In this document: positions 63,766 to 64,000 of the stretch, piece by piece
Numbering within the stretch: position 1 is the stretch's first letter
Layout of the letters: every line of letters begins with the position of its first letter
Source: an uncultured Verrucomicrobiae bacterium
GTDB lineage: Bacteria; Verrucomicrobiota; Verrucomicrobiia; Chthoniobacterales; Chthoniobacteraceae
Direction of reading: 5' to 3'
Length of the DNA: 64,000 nt
NCBI GenBank assembly: GCA_963836755.1
Contig: CAWIKF010000002.1
Span: 352,001-416,000, forward strand
The notes under the pieces: generated by a model
What the model saw: only the letters and a program-made list of their open reading frames with translations
Told to the model about the DNA's origin: nothing
The model's database searches: none
Program-made: the position numbers and the translations under genes

Positions 63766-64000
63766 CTGCAGCTGGAACACGCGAAGGAAGTGGTCGAGGC
63801 GGAGAAGCAGGTCGATCCTGTGGAGGAACGGAACCGGGCCAAGGAAGCCCTGACGGAGTTATTCAACGAAGCCAAAGGCAAGAACACCCACATCATCGTC
63901 GAGCGCATCGTGGCGGACATCGACGACATCGTGAAAAGGTGCGGTTCCCCGACTGGCAGCACACGACCCAGGGCGAACGTCTCGTGCAAAAAGAACTCCG
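63766..64000 (+). pseudogene. hsdR: C-terminal fragment of a type I restriction enzyme R subunit
   Basis: AKEVVEAEKQVDP.EE...AKEALTELFNE......IIVERIVADIDDIV | VRFPDWQHT..GER.V.K.LR; no upstream part of the gene. Confidence 0.65.

Noticed and set aside
62858..64000. Intact prophage
   Set aside because: Only a terS-like gene; no structural, lysis or replication genes in the window.

Overview
GC-rich bacterial DNA whose gene content suggests Verrucomicrobiota/PVC (inference: PVC-type CxxCH protein, TPR family, attC-like and RAYT-like remnants). Bases 1-16.4 kb look like core genome: a Gld-type ABC operon, a c-di-AMP (ydaO) riboswitch in front of a KimA/KUP-like APC transporter, recQ, EamA, redoxin, VOC and a xylFFGH-type sugar ABC operon. 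At 16526 only the 5' half of a tRNA-Leu(TAG) is present. After it the window is a mosaic genomic island of at least 47 kb that runs past the right edge. It holds (i) a rearranged TIGR04282/04283 arsenosugar-type cluster with two radical SAM enzymes; (ii) SRAP and DUF72 remnants; (iii) mostly solitary secreted glycoside hydrolases (GH2 x2, GH92, GH63-like, GH65-like, GH78) among gene fragments, IS481, RAYT and attC relics, with two unrelated cargo genes sharing one ~360-bp upstream region plus signal peptide; (iv) a candidate undescribed three-gene defence operon: a giant protein with two sacsin-like GHKL ATPase domains, a SNF2 helicase and a RecD2-like helicase with a C-terminal nuclease-like domain. 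That operon sits beside a PLD nuclease, paralogous TPR genes, an orphan terminase small subunit and an hsdR fragment. Frameshifts cluster at 1-3.2 kb and 53-61 kb and are probably largely long-read indel errors. All family calls come from recognising motifs by eye; no searches were run.
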